A stretch of 64,000 nucleotides of DNA, taken from contig NC_045697.1 of NCBI RefSeq assembly GCF_009834535.1, positions 14,634,001 through 14,698,000 on the forward strand. The letters run 5' to 3'. Position numbers and translations under genes: made by a program. This DNA comes from Camelus ferus (lineage: Eukaryota). How positions within the stretch are numbered: position 1 is the first letter of the stretch; each line of letters begins with the position of its first letter. The notes under the pieces were generated by a model. The model searched no databases, was not told where the DNA came from, and saw only the letters and a list, made by a program, of their open reading frames with translations. Below are positions 1 through 12,635 of the stretch, piece by piece.

Positions 1-1185
1 AAATAAGAAAAATCACACCATCAACGGAATTTACCTGGAAATTATGTTTTTGTTTTTAACAACAGACAGAATGAGGGTTCAAGACAGGAATCAGGTTCAG
101 TTAAGGGAAAATAAAGTTATATTTTGGTCCAGTTCAGTATCTGACTGGTGCTAACTTGAGTTGGCTACTCGGAAGTTTGGAGGAGAGAGCGCATTTGCTC
201 TGATTGAGGGAGGATCTCTGAGCCTCACTCATGGAAGAGGCAGCATGACAATGGTGAGAAGTATTTTGATTTGAGAACTTTAGTCTCCCTATAAGCCCCA
301 GAGCCGTTGGCACAAATGCCTTACTGAGATTAAACACATAGGATAAGATATAGGCAACACAGAAGTCGGCACAGCGACCATATGCCCATCCCTCCCCTGG
401 CTGAACCAGCTGGGTGGGTGGGAAGATGCTGTCGTGCACCCCCCAGTCATTTCACATGAACCATCTCACCAACCAACCAGACATCAATTCACTCATCACT
501 TCCTAGATGTGAGAATGAGGTTCTTTTGAATTTCTACAATTTGTAAATAAGTGTCTGAGTGGTTAAAAAAAGGCATAACCACACACCAAGAGAAACTATT
601 TCTTATTAAGGCTGAATATTTAATTTTAAAAATGTCTTTTCCTACTAGCTAACGTACATTTCTTAAACAGAAACTAGGTCTTTTATTGAATTCACTGTCC
701 CTCTTTATTTCCAAAATTGATATCTTTAAGATTTTTTTTTCTTTTTTCTAGAAGAATGTAGCAAAATTAGCACAAAGTAATTAGCAGGTTTAGTTAGAAT
801 TTAGAAACTGAGAGGCAAACGAAATTAAATTTGGGGTAAATTAATTAGTAAAAGGTGCTAGAGTAGTGTATGCTTGTTAATTAAGTGTTGATATTCAGTG
901 TGTCAGCACTGACAACCCAACACTTTGTGTGGTTTAGAAACACAGAGGAGGAAAGGCTGACACCGAGGGGAGCAGAATGGGAAGGTGTTGAGTGGGGTGT
1001 GAACCTTGCAGGAGGGAGGAAGCAGCAGCCATCTCTGGGATCCCTCCAGCCTTCCCGATTGCTTTCCTTGAGAGAAGGCACCTAGGTGGCCATAGGGTGG
1101 GAGTTCGTCCCATTTCTAGACTTTGGCAAATCTGTGCATGGGAGCCTGAGATGCCAATATCCAGTATAAGAGGCTATAAGAGGCT

Positions 1186-1335
1186 ATCTTAGTCTGTTTG
1201 GGCTCCAGAACAAAATACAAAATAGAAAGTGGCTTATATACAACAGAAATGTATTTCTCACAGTTCTGGAGGCTGGAGACCTGAGATCAGGATCCCAGCG
1301 CTGTTGGGGTCTAGTGAAGGCTTTCTTCCAGGTCA
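1186..1335 (-). mobile_element. MaLR LTR fragment (MLT1A/B-like)
   Basis: cttagtctgtttgggct...aacagaaatgtatttctcacagttctggaggctggagacctgagatcagg matches the reverse-strand 3' end of MLT1/MST LTRs. Confidence 0.8.
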
Positions 1336-1639
1336 CTTGTCTGCATCTTGAGATAAACCTGGTACTCAAAACAGAGCTATGTGGAAGATGGGGAGGAAGG
1401 AGACGGGAACACAGGTGAAGAGAAGCTACAGCACATCATCTGGGTCCTTCTTACATTATGCTGACTTCGGGAAATCAGGATGACAATGGAAGCTGGGGCT
1501 ACCTGCCACTGATTCCAGTTTCTACCTCCAGAGCTTTAGAGATGGGGCACTTTGGGTGAAAGAATTTTTCTCTTTGGATTATTTTAACACTATGTTGAAT
1601 ACTTACTGTTGGCTTTTGTATAAAATGTATATTCTTTTA

Positions 1640-1750
1640 TTTACTCAATTCATATTTATTAAATGCCTATTATATGCCAGGCACTGGTCTAAGAACTTGG
1701 GAAACAATTCTGAGCAAAGGCAAATATCTCCACCCACTTGAAGCTTATTA
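1640..1750 (-). mobile_element. L2 LINE 3' end fragment
   Basis: tcatatttattaaatgcctattatatgccaggcactggtctaag is the typical antisense L2 tail. Confidence 0.7.
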
Positions 1751-1814
1751 TTTCAAAATGATCCTTCTCTAACTGTGTTGAGATTCAATCATTTGTTTTT
1801 AACGTCATGGTAGA

Positions 1815-2309
1815 CAGTAGCTATCTTGAAGCTTTATGATCTCAGGACTTCTTTATACTCAAAAAATTTTAAGGCCCACAAAGAACTTTTGTTTATGTAG
1901 GTTTTATCTATCAGCATTTACTATATTAAACATTAAAACGGAAGATTTTTTTAAATGTTATTGATTAATTAATGAAAATGAAACTGAATCCATTATATGC
2001 CCTAAATAACATATTTTGTGAAAAAGAACTAAATTTTCTAAAACAAAGAAATAGTGAGAAGAGTGACATTGGTTTGTGTCTTTACAAATCTGTTTTCTGT
2101 CTGGTTTCATAGGTTAGCTGGATTTTCACATCTGCTTCTTTAATTTGTGGTATCAGCAGCATGTAGTCTTTGGAAAACTCTGTATTTGAAAGTCAGAGAG
2201 TGAAAAGGTTTTAGTATTTTTACAAAAATATTTTTTACTTTCTGGACCTCTAAGAGGGTCTCAGGGACCCCTGGAGTGCAGGTCAGGGCCTCCATTTTGA
2301 AAACTACTG
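1815..2309. mobile_element. Non-autonomous hAT-Charlie DNA transposon (MER119-like)
   Basis: Terminal inverted repeats cagtag...ctactg; internal ctcaggacttctttatactc...aaagaacttttgtttatgtagg and gggtctcagggacccc motifs. Confidence 0.7.
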
Positions 2310-3073
2310 GGATCATGGGAAAAACACACATTTGGGGGCCCTGAGTTCTAACCTGCGATCTTCAGAAGCTAGTTCACCTCTTATAGCCTCTGCTTCCTCC
2401 ATCTGAAAACAAGTAGTTTGGATTAAATTATGGCCAGAATCTTTTCCAACTGTGACATTCCCTGCTGTCTGCCCTCTCTGAGTTGCTTGTTAAATATTTT
2501 AATAGAAGGACATTTTCTTCTTCTTCAGCTTTCCCCCGATCCCTCTCTTTCTGGGCCTGGCACTAACTGCACTAGGAGAAAGGAAGGGAGTCTGTGACAC
2601 TTAGAGATGAAAAAGCTACAGACAGGCTCTTAGCAAAGTAAAGGCCAAGGTTATTCTATGACATTGCCTTGACAGTGAGGCTGACTTAGTATTGACAACA
2701 GATATTTGGCTCCAGGATGGACTGGTAAGAGCAGCTTTTATTTACACTTTTATTTGTCCCCTCCCTCATCAGCATGATCTCATCCACATGATCTCAGTCC
2801 CTTAGGACTGTTACCCTGGAAAACCCTGATGACTGACATTAGTCATTCAAGCCCAAGGCTTAAGGGAAGTGGTGAGGTTTGAGGTTTGGGGATAGTGAAG
2901 TAGGAAGTGGTTTCCAGATACCCAAGGCACCAAAGAATGGAGGCAAACAGGAGTTCCCAGGGAGGTCTGCCCGACCTGGAGAGGATGGGCTCCCAAGTAC
3001 CAAATGATGCTCCTGTTCTTGCCTTTTCCTCCAGAGAAGCTCCCCTCCCCCACTCTTTGAAAGGTGAATAAAG

Positions 3074-3257
3074 CAGAGGTTCTTAAACTGAAATGTGTAT
3101 CAGAGCCTCCAGGAGAACTTGTTAAAACAGATTTCTAGGCCCACCCCCAGAGCTTCTAATTCAATAGGTCTGGGGCAAGGCTGATAATCTGCATTTTCAA
3201 CAAGTTCCCAGGTGATCATATGGCCTAGTTAGCTCAGACCACACTTGAGAACCACTG
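3074..3257. mobile_element. MER5A hAT-Charlie element
   Basis: cagaggttcttaaactg...cttgttaaaacagatttctaggcccacccccagag...ttgagaaccactg. Confidence 0.85.
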
Positions 3258-3886
3258 GAATACCATAAATTACAGGTGATTTGAAGCTAAAAGAGAATAA
3301 CAAGGTTTTTGAATGCTAAATGTCTCTGCAATCAGGTTACAAAACAACTACACTTTCTACTCCTCAACACAATGGTCTATTCCATTCTAACCTCTTATTG
3401 GTAAAGGTGAAGTAAGAGGGTCACATCATTCTTTATATATTTTAGCACAGCTATTCTGAGGAGAGATTCCATAAGGGGCATACTAATCATAGCTTTTTTT
3501 TGAAAACTTATTTGCTATTTTAATTTTTCTTGGTTTGAGGAAAGGGAGGGTTTCCCAGACAGATGGCAGAGGTTATACTGTACAGCTGATTCCTTCATTT
3601 GAACAATTCCCTTTCAGTTATTAGGGTTGAGATGTAAAGTATTAGGAGTGAAAATGGGACTTCAGTTCATGATTCTGACCCCTGAGGTTATAAATTCTCT
3701 GCAATCATCTGGAGCAGACGAGCCTGCAACCTTTCCAATCTAGGTTTGGCTTCAGTTTTCCATGACCTTTTACGAAGTATAAACACAACATCAAAGACTC
3801 TAATGACTAAAATAAATGTGGTCTGCTGTGTTATCCAAACGATGATCTTTCTTTGGAAGCCCAGGACTGCAGTCAGCATTTCCTAG

Positions 3887-3957
3887 AGACCATCATGGCC
3901 AAGGAATCAGCTCCCACTGGCCTTGTAGGGCCAAAAGATGGGATGCTAATAAATCAG
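3887..3957 (+). other. Candidate exon with ATG at 3895 (MAKESAPTGLVGPKDGMLINQ), gene unidentified
   Basis: Acceptor tttcctag, Kozak-like accatcATGG and consensus donor CAG/gtaagt; peptide not recognised. Confidence 0.2.
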
Positions 3958-4759
3958 GTAAGTACTTGGTGTAGGACAAGGTGGTTTCGCACACAGTATC
4001 TCGTGTAATCCTGGTGATTCTCTGTTAAGAGCAGCACTACAAAGAAAACCCCTTCTGAACACACAGGGAAACTGAGTTTCTGAGGAATGAAAGCATTTGT
4101 CCTAGGGAGGACAGCTATGAAGTTTTGAGCTATTGTATATCTGACTCCAAAGCCCACAGCCATTGGGAAACACAAAATTCAACACTGGGTCAAAGGATAT
4201 GTATTAAGCACCAACTTTGTGCAAGAGGAAGAGAAGCTGGTTTAAAAAGTTCTACCCTCCTGGTGCTTCCAATTTAGTGAAGAGGAATAAGCATACTTCT
4301 GGAAGGGATCAAGTCTACAGTCCCATCTCACACAAGAGAAAACTGTGGTCCAGAGAAGCCAAATGGTTTCTTTATAGACACAAAGCACGTAACAATGGTG
4401 CCCTGATGCCTTTAAATCAAAAGATACAGTTTTAAAAGTAGGTTTATTTCTTGCCAAGGCAAACCATCAAGGTGGAAAGAAGACTGGTCTCTAGGCTTTC
4501 CCATGAGCTCTCAGCCAAGGTCAAGCATGAATGTCACATCCAAAATCCTCACCTTGAGCTCAGAGTTACTTCATAGTCAGGCCCAGAACTGGTCTTTCTG
4601 TTCCCACAATAGGCAAGCTTGTTTTCACCTCTGGGCCCTTGCACATGCTACTCCCTCTACCTGGAATATTCTGCGCTCAGAGCTTCACAAGCCCAAGTCT
4701 TCCTCACCGTTCAGTTCTCGAGTCAAGAGGACACCCTCCAAAAGGTCTTCCCTCCCCCT

Positions 4760-4996
4760 GGTATCTGCAAACATGGCTTTACCAACCTGTCCTGTCCCAC
4801 AAAAGGGCACTTTTTCTCTGCATCCCACTGTCAGCAAAAGGGTGTTCTCTGGTCTCAGCAGGATTTCCTCCATATTATTCTTTCAGTTCTCTGAGATTTC
4901 TCACTATACTTCTTGGGATCAACTCTCAAATATGTCACTTGCCTCCAATTCTTTATCTCAAGGACTGCTTTTGCATCAACCCAAAAATAAAGATAT
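4760..4996 (+). mobile_element. ERVL LTR remnant (LTR16-like) inside an L2
   Basis: 3' end tcacttgcctccaattctttatctcaaggactgcttttgcatcaacccaaaaataaagata resembles the LTR16 family terminus; L2-like sequence lies on both sides. Confidence 0.55.
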
Positions 4997-5039
4997 ATTT
5001 CACCCTGTCACTCATGACTCTGTTTTTCATAGCACTTTT

Positions 5040-5280
5040 CTATCTAAAATTATCTCATTCATAATTTGTTTACTTGTTTATCATCTGCACTGCCATCTTA
5101 TCTGGCCCTCCACCCCATCCCCAACATTCTGCATCCCACAGGTGCCCAGAGGAATGTAAACCCCATGGTGGCATGACTCTACCTGTTCTGTTCCCTGTGG
5201 TATTCCCAGAACTTAGAATATCACCCAGCAGAAAATAGATGCTCAACATACATTTGTTGAAGAAATAAAATGAATAAATT
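5040..5280 (+). mobile_element. L2 LINE 3' end
   Basis: aatgtaaaccccatggtggcatgact...atagatgctcaacatacatttgttgaagaaataaaatgaat. Confidence 0.75.
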
Positions 5281-6509
5281 AAGATGCTGAATATCAGAAA
5301 CTCTCCAACATGTCAACGTAGAGGAATCTTGGCTAGAATATTATACTCTTCAATTATGAAATCATCAGCATTCTCCTTTTGCTTTATTCCTATTTAGATG
5401 CCATTACGCTTCCATTTTTAAAGCCTCCCCTTGATCAATCACTTTTTGTTAAATGTGATGTCCCACATAAACAAAAGTTTATAAAGGAATAAAAAAATCA
5501 TTCCAGGCTTTTGGGGCCAAGAAATTCATTGTCTGCTTAAATCTATATTTATAAGAGTATATGGAAGACAACATACAACAGAAGTCTCTGTTCTCTTGGC
5601 TCCCGTCACATTTGCCTTGTATAACCATCTACGTTTATTAAAAGAACTCCTGGTCTGTTTCTGTTTAACACTGACCTTCAAGTGCTTGATTTAATAAGCT
5701 GGGGAGTTAGAATAAATCATATTGGCTTGTTCAATCATCTGTATTACAAAGAGCTGCAAGAAGCTAGAACAGCATAAAAACACAGGGAGTATCAACATCT
5801 GTCACACAGATATGGAGGGAAAGTAGAGGAAAAAAAGCCCAGGCTTAGAGATGCTCACATAGAATGAAGAGAAAAGGAGCCTGGAGCTTTCAGCATCCAC
5901 CCCTTCCCACCACCCGCACAACTGAAAAACTGTCAAAGCAAAGATCAACTTAGTACTTGTTCAGGAAGTAGCAATATTTCAGAATGTAACACAGGAGTTA
6001 TACTTCTGTTAACAGTTTCTTAGATAAATAAACACCACTCAACAACAAAAAAAGCACATTTGTAGCAGTTTTTTTTTTTTCACCCCTCTACTAAGCCATA
6101 TAGGAGGCTCCTTGAATTGAGGATGAAGAATGCAGTTCCTGAGATGTCCTGCCTTCGTAAGAGACTAAAGAGTACTGAATGTGGAGATTTTCCAACCCCT
6201 TCTCATACACAATGCCTAGAAGAGGACCTGGCATAAAGTAGATGCTCAGTAAATACTTCATTTAAGATAGGAGGCACAATTCTTGGCATTTTTCTGGGAG
6301 AAGTGATTCTCCCTAGTAACATACTGGAACCAGTGCATGCTTATACACTGCCCATCTTTTGCTTATATTATGATCAGCTAAGGGGCACATCAACAGGGGG
6401 CTGTTTTTTTTTTTTTTTTAACATATCTAATTGTTTCCAAACAAAGAGAGAATATGCTATTTCTTGATACGTTTTGTGTTAAGAAGTGAATGTTATACAA
6501 TAAGTAAAA

Positions 6510-6850
6510 GATCAGGGTTTGAAGTCAGTCACTTAAGTTCTAAGCTTCTTTTTCCTGACACACAAAATGGGCTATTAATGCTAATTACTTCATAGTAGTT
6601 CATTCACTGGGGGATTAAATAAGGTTGTACTTGTTAAAAGCAAACATGCAATGCTTGGGAGAGAGTTCACACTCAATAAAGTATTTGTTATCCATCCATT
6701 TTACAAATGAGAAAGGATTGGTTCAGAGAGATTAAATGACTGTCTCCAGGATTACCCCACTGGGAATTGATGAAACTGGGATTTCAGGAAACAGGGATTC
6801 AGGGCTCTCTGATCACAGAAACCATGGTCTTTCTCCACACTCTACTGTTT
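6510..6850. mobile_element. Two adjacent MIR fragments in opposite orientation
   Basis: aaaatgggctattaatgcta...gattaaataagg (sense core) followed by ccattttacaaatgagaaagg...gttcagagagattaaatgactgtc (antisense core). Confidence 0.65.
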
Positions 6851-7451
6851 CTTGGGTAGGGAGTATAATTCAAGTATAAACGTCACATATTCTTGCTCTG
6901 GCTTCACTCACACACAGCTGCTGCTGGCATCCAAAACCCCCACTTCCAAAGCAGTGAACGGCTGTTGTTGACCTTGGAATTTACAAAGTTCTCAGCATTG
7001 GGGAATGTTTCCTACCTCACGGTATAGAGAGACACAGACCTGGCATTATTATAAATATAAACTATTCAGGGGCAGATTCTCTAAGCTTGCTATTTAAAAC
7101 ATATTTGTTGGGCATAAATTGATGTTCTTGGGACCAACGTGTCAAAAAAATGTGAGATAAGGCAACTGGTGTTGAAGCAGAAATGCTAATTAAACCAGTG
7201 TGAATGTAAATGATGTTTTGTGCATTACTGACTTGGGGACTTTGTAACCACCACTCCCTACTTACCCTGAATTACGTAAAATGCCAATGTTTTATTTATT
7301 TATTTCCCTTGTCAAAACATTTGACCAAGGAGGAAGCCTTGGATATCCTGCTCATTGACCTTCAGTTTTACAGTTTTTATTATCACTTCCTCCCTCCTAC
7401 CACATGCGTAAACCATACTGAACAACCTGCAGTTCTGTAAATCCACTAAAC

Positions 7452-7626
7452 CAGTGATTCTCAATCATGTCCTTACATTCGAATCCCCTGACAATACTGT
7501 AAAACTTATAGACACTTTGGCCTCACCTGTGCAAGATTCTTAACAATTGGTCTGAGATGGACGCCAGGCATATTTCTAAAAATTTTCTGGATAATTCTAA
7601 TGCATAACTGGGCTTGAGAGTCACTG
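7452..7626. mobile_element. MER5-family hAT-Charlie element
   Basis: TIRs cagtgattctcaa...ttgagagtcactg; internal gataattctaatgca. Confidence 0.8.
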
Positions 7627-8054
7627 CACTGTTTTTCTGCCACTGAACCACTGCACAAGATAAAATTCCTTTCTCTTCCTTTATCATCTGCCTAATTCCT
7701 AGCCATTCTTCAAAATGCAATTCAGAAGCATCAGTTCCAAGAAGCTTCTCCGCTGGGTAATGTTGATCCTCCTCCTTTGTATTAAAAAATTGCTCTATGG
7801 TTCATCCTAATCCTTAATAGATTCCACCTTACTGTTAATTCCTTGAAGGTGAAGAGAGGGGATGGAAGTGGCTAGTTATTTGTACTATAGCGCCCAGGAC
7901 TGTCTGCACAGTAGCTGTATATAAGTATGCTAAGGGGTGAATGAGTGATAATAGGGTTAGTAGAGTAGGATTAATAGCTCTGGGGTTTTGTCCTGGTTCT
8001 GTTATTTACAGATTTGCAAAATAACTGATGTTATGTCAACTGTAAGTAGCTTAA

Positions 8055-8655
8055 CAATACTACAGTATAAAGTCGAACATCTGCGTATGTCATGACTCAC
8101 TAACGTCACCCCTCTATATATCCAACAGAAAGGCGTATAGATGCTCACTAGAATATGTAGCTGACTGTTCACAGCAGCACATTTTTTTAAAAGCCACAAA
8201 TCAGAAGTGACCAAAGTGACCATCAATAATAGAAAAATTAAACAGCATAGACAACAGAATAGAGACTATGATTACGGCCTAGTCACACATAGAACACCAT
8301 GCAGCAAAAAGAACCCTATAAACACACACAACAGCAACGTGGATGAATGCTGGGAAGATAACTCCGAGCAGATGATGTCAACAACAAAAAGCACACCCTG
8401 TATATTTCACATTTACATGGAGAACCAAAAGCAAAAATTCATCTCTGCTGTTAGAAATCAGGATGGTGGTGACCGTAGAGGGAGGGCATACTGACTGGAA
8501 GGAGCATGAGGATGGTTTCGGGGAGGCTGGGTATGTTCCTGATCTAGTCAGTGGTTACACAAGTGTGTCCAGTTTGTAAAAATCCATCAAGATGTAAGTT
8601 TAGGACATGTGTATGTTTCTGAACATACATGACACTTTGATAAAAAAGTTAAAAG
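8055..8655 (+). mobile_element. Ancient L1 (L1MC/ME-type) ORF2 end and 3' UTR
   Basis: ttcacagcagcacatt...ccatcaataatagaa...gttagaaatcaggatggtggt...tttgtaaaaatccatcaag...taaaaaagttaaaa. Confidence 0.8.
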
Positions 8656-9289
8656 GTACTTTGGTATAAATGATATGATGTATACTTGTGTATAAAATAA
8701 CTTCAATCTAAAGCTCAGGGACAATTAGTTCACATGAGAAAAACTACCTTCCAGATACAGTTTCTCAGATGGGGTCACTGGATTGTATGGTAGTGCTGAC
8801 TGGTATTGCTGTTGATTCTTGATTCAGAAAGCATGAACTGGGAGAGAGAGCGAGAAAGAGAGAGGCACGTGGGGAATCTGGGTGAAATGAAGGACAGGAT
8901 ATTGTGCTGTTCTGGTAGGCTTTCTCTGGTTCAAAAATAGTTCAAAATAAATCATTTAAAATGTAAAGAGAAAGGACTATGTTACATATGCTTCAGGATC
9001 TTTCACATAAAATGTTTATCAAGGTGCATAAAAGGGCCAAGAGCAGGAGACTCACCGAGGGGCTAAGGACAGCTTGTGTCATCTGCATACCTTATGCCAC
9101 TTGCTACTAGGTGTTTGTACATTTGGCAGAATTGGATTTGCCACTGGCTTTTATAACCTAGCACCCAGCAAATCATCCGAGGCTTCCAATATTTATCCAA
9201 ATTTTTGTTGAATGGAGACACTGGATTAGGAGAAAGCTCTTTCCCTCCTTAGAGCCTTCATTCCTCATCTGTGGAACAAGGGGCTCCAT

Positions 9290-9395
9290 TAGGCGACACC
9301 CTCAGTTTTTACTTGTGCTCTGGCTAATTATTAAAAGTGCCCTCTTTCTCTCTCAAAGGTGTGTTGGTTTGGAAAGTAAATTATATGGTCTCACT
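9290..9395 (-). mobile_element. MER94-like hAT-Blackjack fragment
   Basis: taattattaaaagtgccctctttctctctcaaagg...ggtttggaaagtaaattatatggtc. Confidence 0.6.
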
Positions 9396-11451
9396 GCTCA
9401 CCGCTCCCAAGGAATCTTCCAGCTTTAGCTTTCTAGACCTCAAGAGCTCTGAAGATGAGAGCCTGGAGTCCACAGGCCAGCGCAGGTGAAGGGCAAAGGC
9501 CTATTTATGGGTGTGCGGCTGTGCAGCAGATACAACTGATAGGATGTTAGAATAAGGAGGTCTGGAAAATGTCAAAATAACCCTTTTTTTAGGGATGGGA
9601 ATTCCTTAATTGCCTCACTGGTAATTATTACATGATACTAAGTCTTCTCTCTTAGGGTGATGGCTGGGAGTGGGGCAGAGGAACAGGTAGTTAAGATATT
9701 CCTACTTTAAATGTCTCTAGGTTTTTTCTATTTATAGCAAAAGGTGCTCATTTCCTGGCATATACAAGTTGAATATTTTGAAAATGGTCTGGGTTTAACA
9801 ACCATTGTCAACTTATTGAGCAATATATATTATCTTTTATGTGCCCAGAACTAAAAAGGATCAAGGTAGATTAGTGAGGCAACTGGAAAACCAGTCCTTC
9901 TGCATCCTGTATTCTTAAGGACCCTCCGGGACTCTCATTTTCTCAAACTCATATTCCCCAGTGCACCACGGTGCCTGACCTGTTCTTGTCTTGTATTCTG
10001 TCTAGACTCCAAGATCAGACAATGCAACCATCCTTCCCCTGGAATCATCAACCACCTTGATCTTCCACCATCCTAATCTTTGCCACCGACCCAGTAAATC
10101 TTACTACTCACTCTCTTCTGAACACTGAAAGTCTCAAGTAATTAAGATAAAAATATTACAGTTTTTTTTATTCTACCACAATCTCTTTTTATATGATCTC
10201 AGCTTAAATTCAGAAGACTTTATATCATTCTTTTTATTAAACTATATTTCATTTTCTATTTCCTACTCTCAAGCCACCAACCCTCAGAGAAACAAGCACA
10301 CCTACACCAGAAAGCCAAGGCCTTTTGCTTTACTGAGCAGACTGAGGCCATTCATTTCTGTTCCAATTTCAAGTCTCCCTGTGTCATTACTCATACCTTT
10401 CCACTTCCCTTCTGTATCGAAGGAAAAAAGGGTCTTTCCTCTTTCCCAAGTTGCTTTGACACCAACTTGCTTCTGTGTGATTCTTTCTTAACTGCTTGCC
10501 TCCGACTCCATGTAATAATCTAGCCTGAGTCCACAAAATGAGACCAAAGTTGTTTGAGGTCCCCCTCCAAACCATCCGTTTCCAAAGTCAGTAACTTTTC
10601 TAAGTTCACATTCCATCACCAAGGGGCTTTACAAACTGGATATCCTATTCTTAAAATTTCTCTTGGCTTCTACTCACAGATTCTTCCTTCTCTGTGTTCT
10701 TTGGTAGGTTCCAATTCTATCTTCTACACTCCTATTTTCTGAAAACATACATCCCCCAAACGTATGTTCTCTGTCTACGCCTTCATCAATGTGATCCCTT
10801 CCATTATTCCCAAAGATCCTTAATAGTCTTTCACACAAGGCTATGCTATGGGTCAACGTAGAATACCATACAAACTCCAAAAAGCACCCACAACCTCTGG
10901 CCTTGAACAGTGCTGGGCAATAAAGACAGAAACCACCATGATGGAGAGAGAGTTCTTGACCCAGGTAGCTGGCCCCTGCTGGCAGCACCAGGAGGCAAAG
11001 CTGTAAGCAGGGGCTGATGCTTCCCTTGGCACCAGTGGGACTATTCCATGGGATGGAGACCCAGGCCAGCAGCAACAACCTCGTAAGCTGAGTTCAAGGA
11101 ATCTCCAGGATCTTTTAACAATAAACCACTCAAAGACTGGGGTCCTCAAGAAAGTCTTGCAAAATAGACATTTTAGAAAAGATGGTCGGGTTCGCCAGAG
11201 TTGCTCTTATAAAATATATCATTGCTGCTCTCTGCTGGTCAAAAGCATTATTCTCTTCAATTAAGATTAGCAGAGATGTAGGATGGGTCAAAGAGGAAAG
11301 AAACAGTGCTTTCGAAACGATAGGGACTGGTACTAGATAACTGCAGTTGTTAAAATGACTTCATAGGCTATGATACATATTCTTATGCAGAAAAACTTAA
11401 TTTGAATGAGGAGCTACTGGACCCCTAACTCAAGGATGTGCAATTAATCAT

Positions 11452-11745
11452 CACTTTCTTATAGCGGTAAGAACACTTCACATGAGATTTACCCTCTTGA
11501 CAAATGTTGAAGTGTACGGTAGAGTATTGTTGACCACGGGCACAATATTGCACCACAGATCTCTGGAACTTACTCATCTTGCATAACAAACTGCACATCC
11601 ATTGAACAGCAACTCTCCACTTCTCCCTCCCCACAGAAGGGTAACCACCAGTCTATTCTCTGTTCCTATGAGTGTGGCTATTTTAGATTCCTCATATAAG
11701 AAGAATCATGCAGTATTTGTCCTGTGACTGGCTAATTTCACTAAT
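11452..11745 (-). mobile_element. L1 3' UTR fragment (L1MA9/10-like)
   Basis: agatctctggaacttactcatcttgcataac...ttttagattcctcatataag...atcatgcagtatttgtc. Confidence 0.85.
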
Positions 11746-11799
11746 CAGCATGAGTATTTGCATGCTGTGAGTACTCCTAGAATTGCACAGTGAGGACAA

Positions 11800-11948
11800 A
11801 CTTGGGCTCAGAAGCCCTAACACAACAGGTTTTACTTGGGGTTCTGCCACCTATTAGCCAAATTGCCTTGGGTCAATTACCGAATGTCACTGAGCTCCCC
11901 CTTCCTCTTTTGTCAAATGGGGTAAGTAATTATACCCACCTCATAACG
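11800..11948 (+). mobile_element. MIR, 5' part (interrupted by an LTR; resumes at about 12636-12730)
   Basis: tctgccacctattagc...ccttgggtcaattacc...aaatggggtaagtaattatacccacctcata; MIR tail aagtgcttaatagtccttggtacaaagtaaatgatcagtaaat follows the LTR. Confidence 0.75.
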
Positions 11949-12635
11949 GGCTGGGAAACAAGCTGCTGGAAAACAGGCTACTGGACAACAAGCAGCTAGA
12001 AAACAAGCCACATCTAGATTTCCATGAGCTTAAAATATTACAGTCACACTTGCTTAAAATGCACATGCTTGCTTTGTTTTAATGTTTTACATAGTAGATG
12101 ACCTATAGCATGTATTATGCTAAAGAAAATTTTTAAGGAGAAATCCTGAGATCGACCATAAGGGCAAGAAGGAGGGCAGATATTTCCTTAGGGTAAAATA
12201 ATAGCTGGTCCTAGAAAGCCAGATCATCCATTAACAGAACTTTGTTCTGGCAATGAAAGCATGCGGTTAAGCCCAGGGGAAATATTTGCTATCTTGAGAT
12301 GTCCCGGAGGCAATAACAGGATAGACTCAGAAATTCTGCATACCCCGAGGAGGGTGATTGTTCCTGGGAGGGACAGGCCTGAAATTAATCAGTTAACCAA
12401 CAAACAGAACTTAGTGCTTGTCGCTTGAAATATCTAAAGCCCCACCTCTTTGATCGCATTTCTTTCTGAGCCGTATACTCCCAATAAACAGGATGTCGAC
12501 CAGGCTTTTGGCGCTCTAGATCCACGAGACCTTGAGTCCCCTGGTCCCATTTTCGCTCTTTACTTGGTCTCTTTGTTTCTTAATTCTTGCGTCGCCCATC
12601 CTCAGACACGGTCCCGAGCTGCGCTGGACGCAGCA
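11949..12635 (+). mobile_element. Young ERV2/betaretrovirus-like solo LTR (687 bp)
   Basis: Termini (g)gctg...cagca; 6-bp TSD ataacg (11943-48) / ataatg (12636-41); AATAAA at 12483; CpG-rich R/U5 ending gagctgcgctggacgcagca. Confidence 0.75.

Noticed and set aside
883..925. Small nested inverted repeat (aagtgttg...caacactt)
   Set aside because: Stems of only 5-8 bp with large internal loops are expected by chance
1077..1093. ggcacctaggtggcc as a third CTCF site
   Set aside because: Core mismatches on both strands; too weak without data
4503..5159. Longest ORF in the window (218 aa)
   Set aside because: Runs through L2 and LTR16-like remnants; Ser/Leu-rich with no recognisable domain or exon structure
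9728..9737. Perfect MEF2 motif ctatttatag
   Set aside because: Isolated AT-rich 10-mer; chance occurrence is likely in 64 kb of AT-rich DNA
10674..11149. Overlapping 134-aa and 98-aa minus-strand ORFs
   Set aside because: Non-ATG starts, no recognisable homology; only the 61-nt splice-bounded part was kept as a weak candidate
11950..12009. Short regularly spaced repeats as a CRISPR-like array
   Set aside because: Head-to-tail units without unique spacers, inside a mammalian LTR; no cas genes or prokaryotic context
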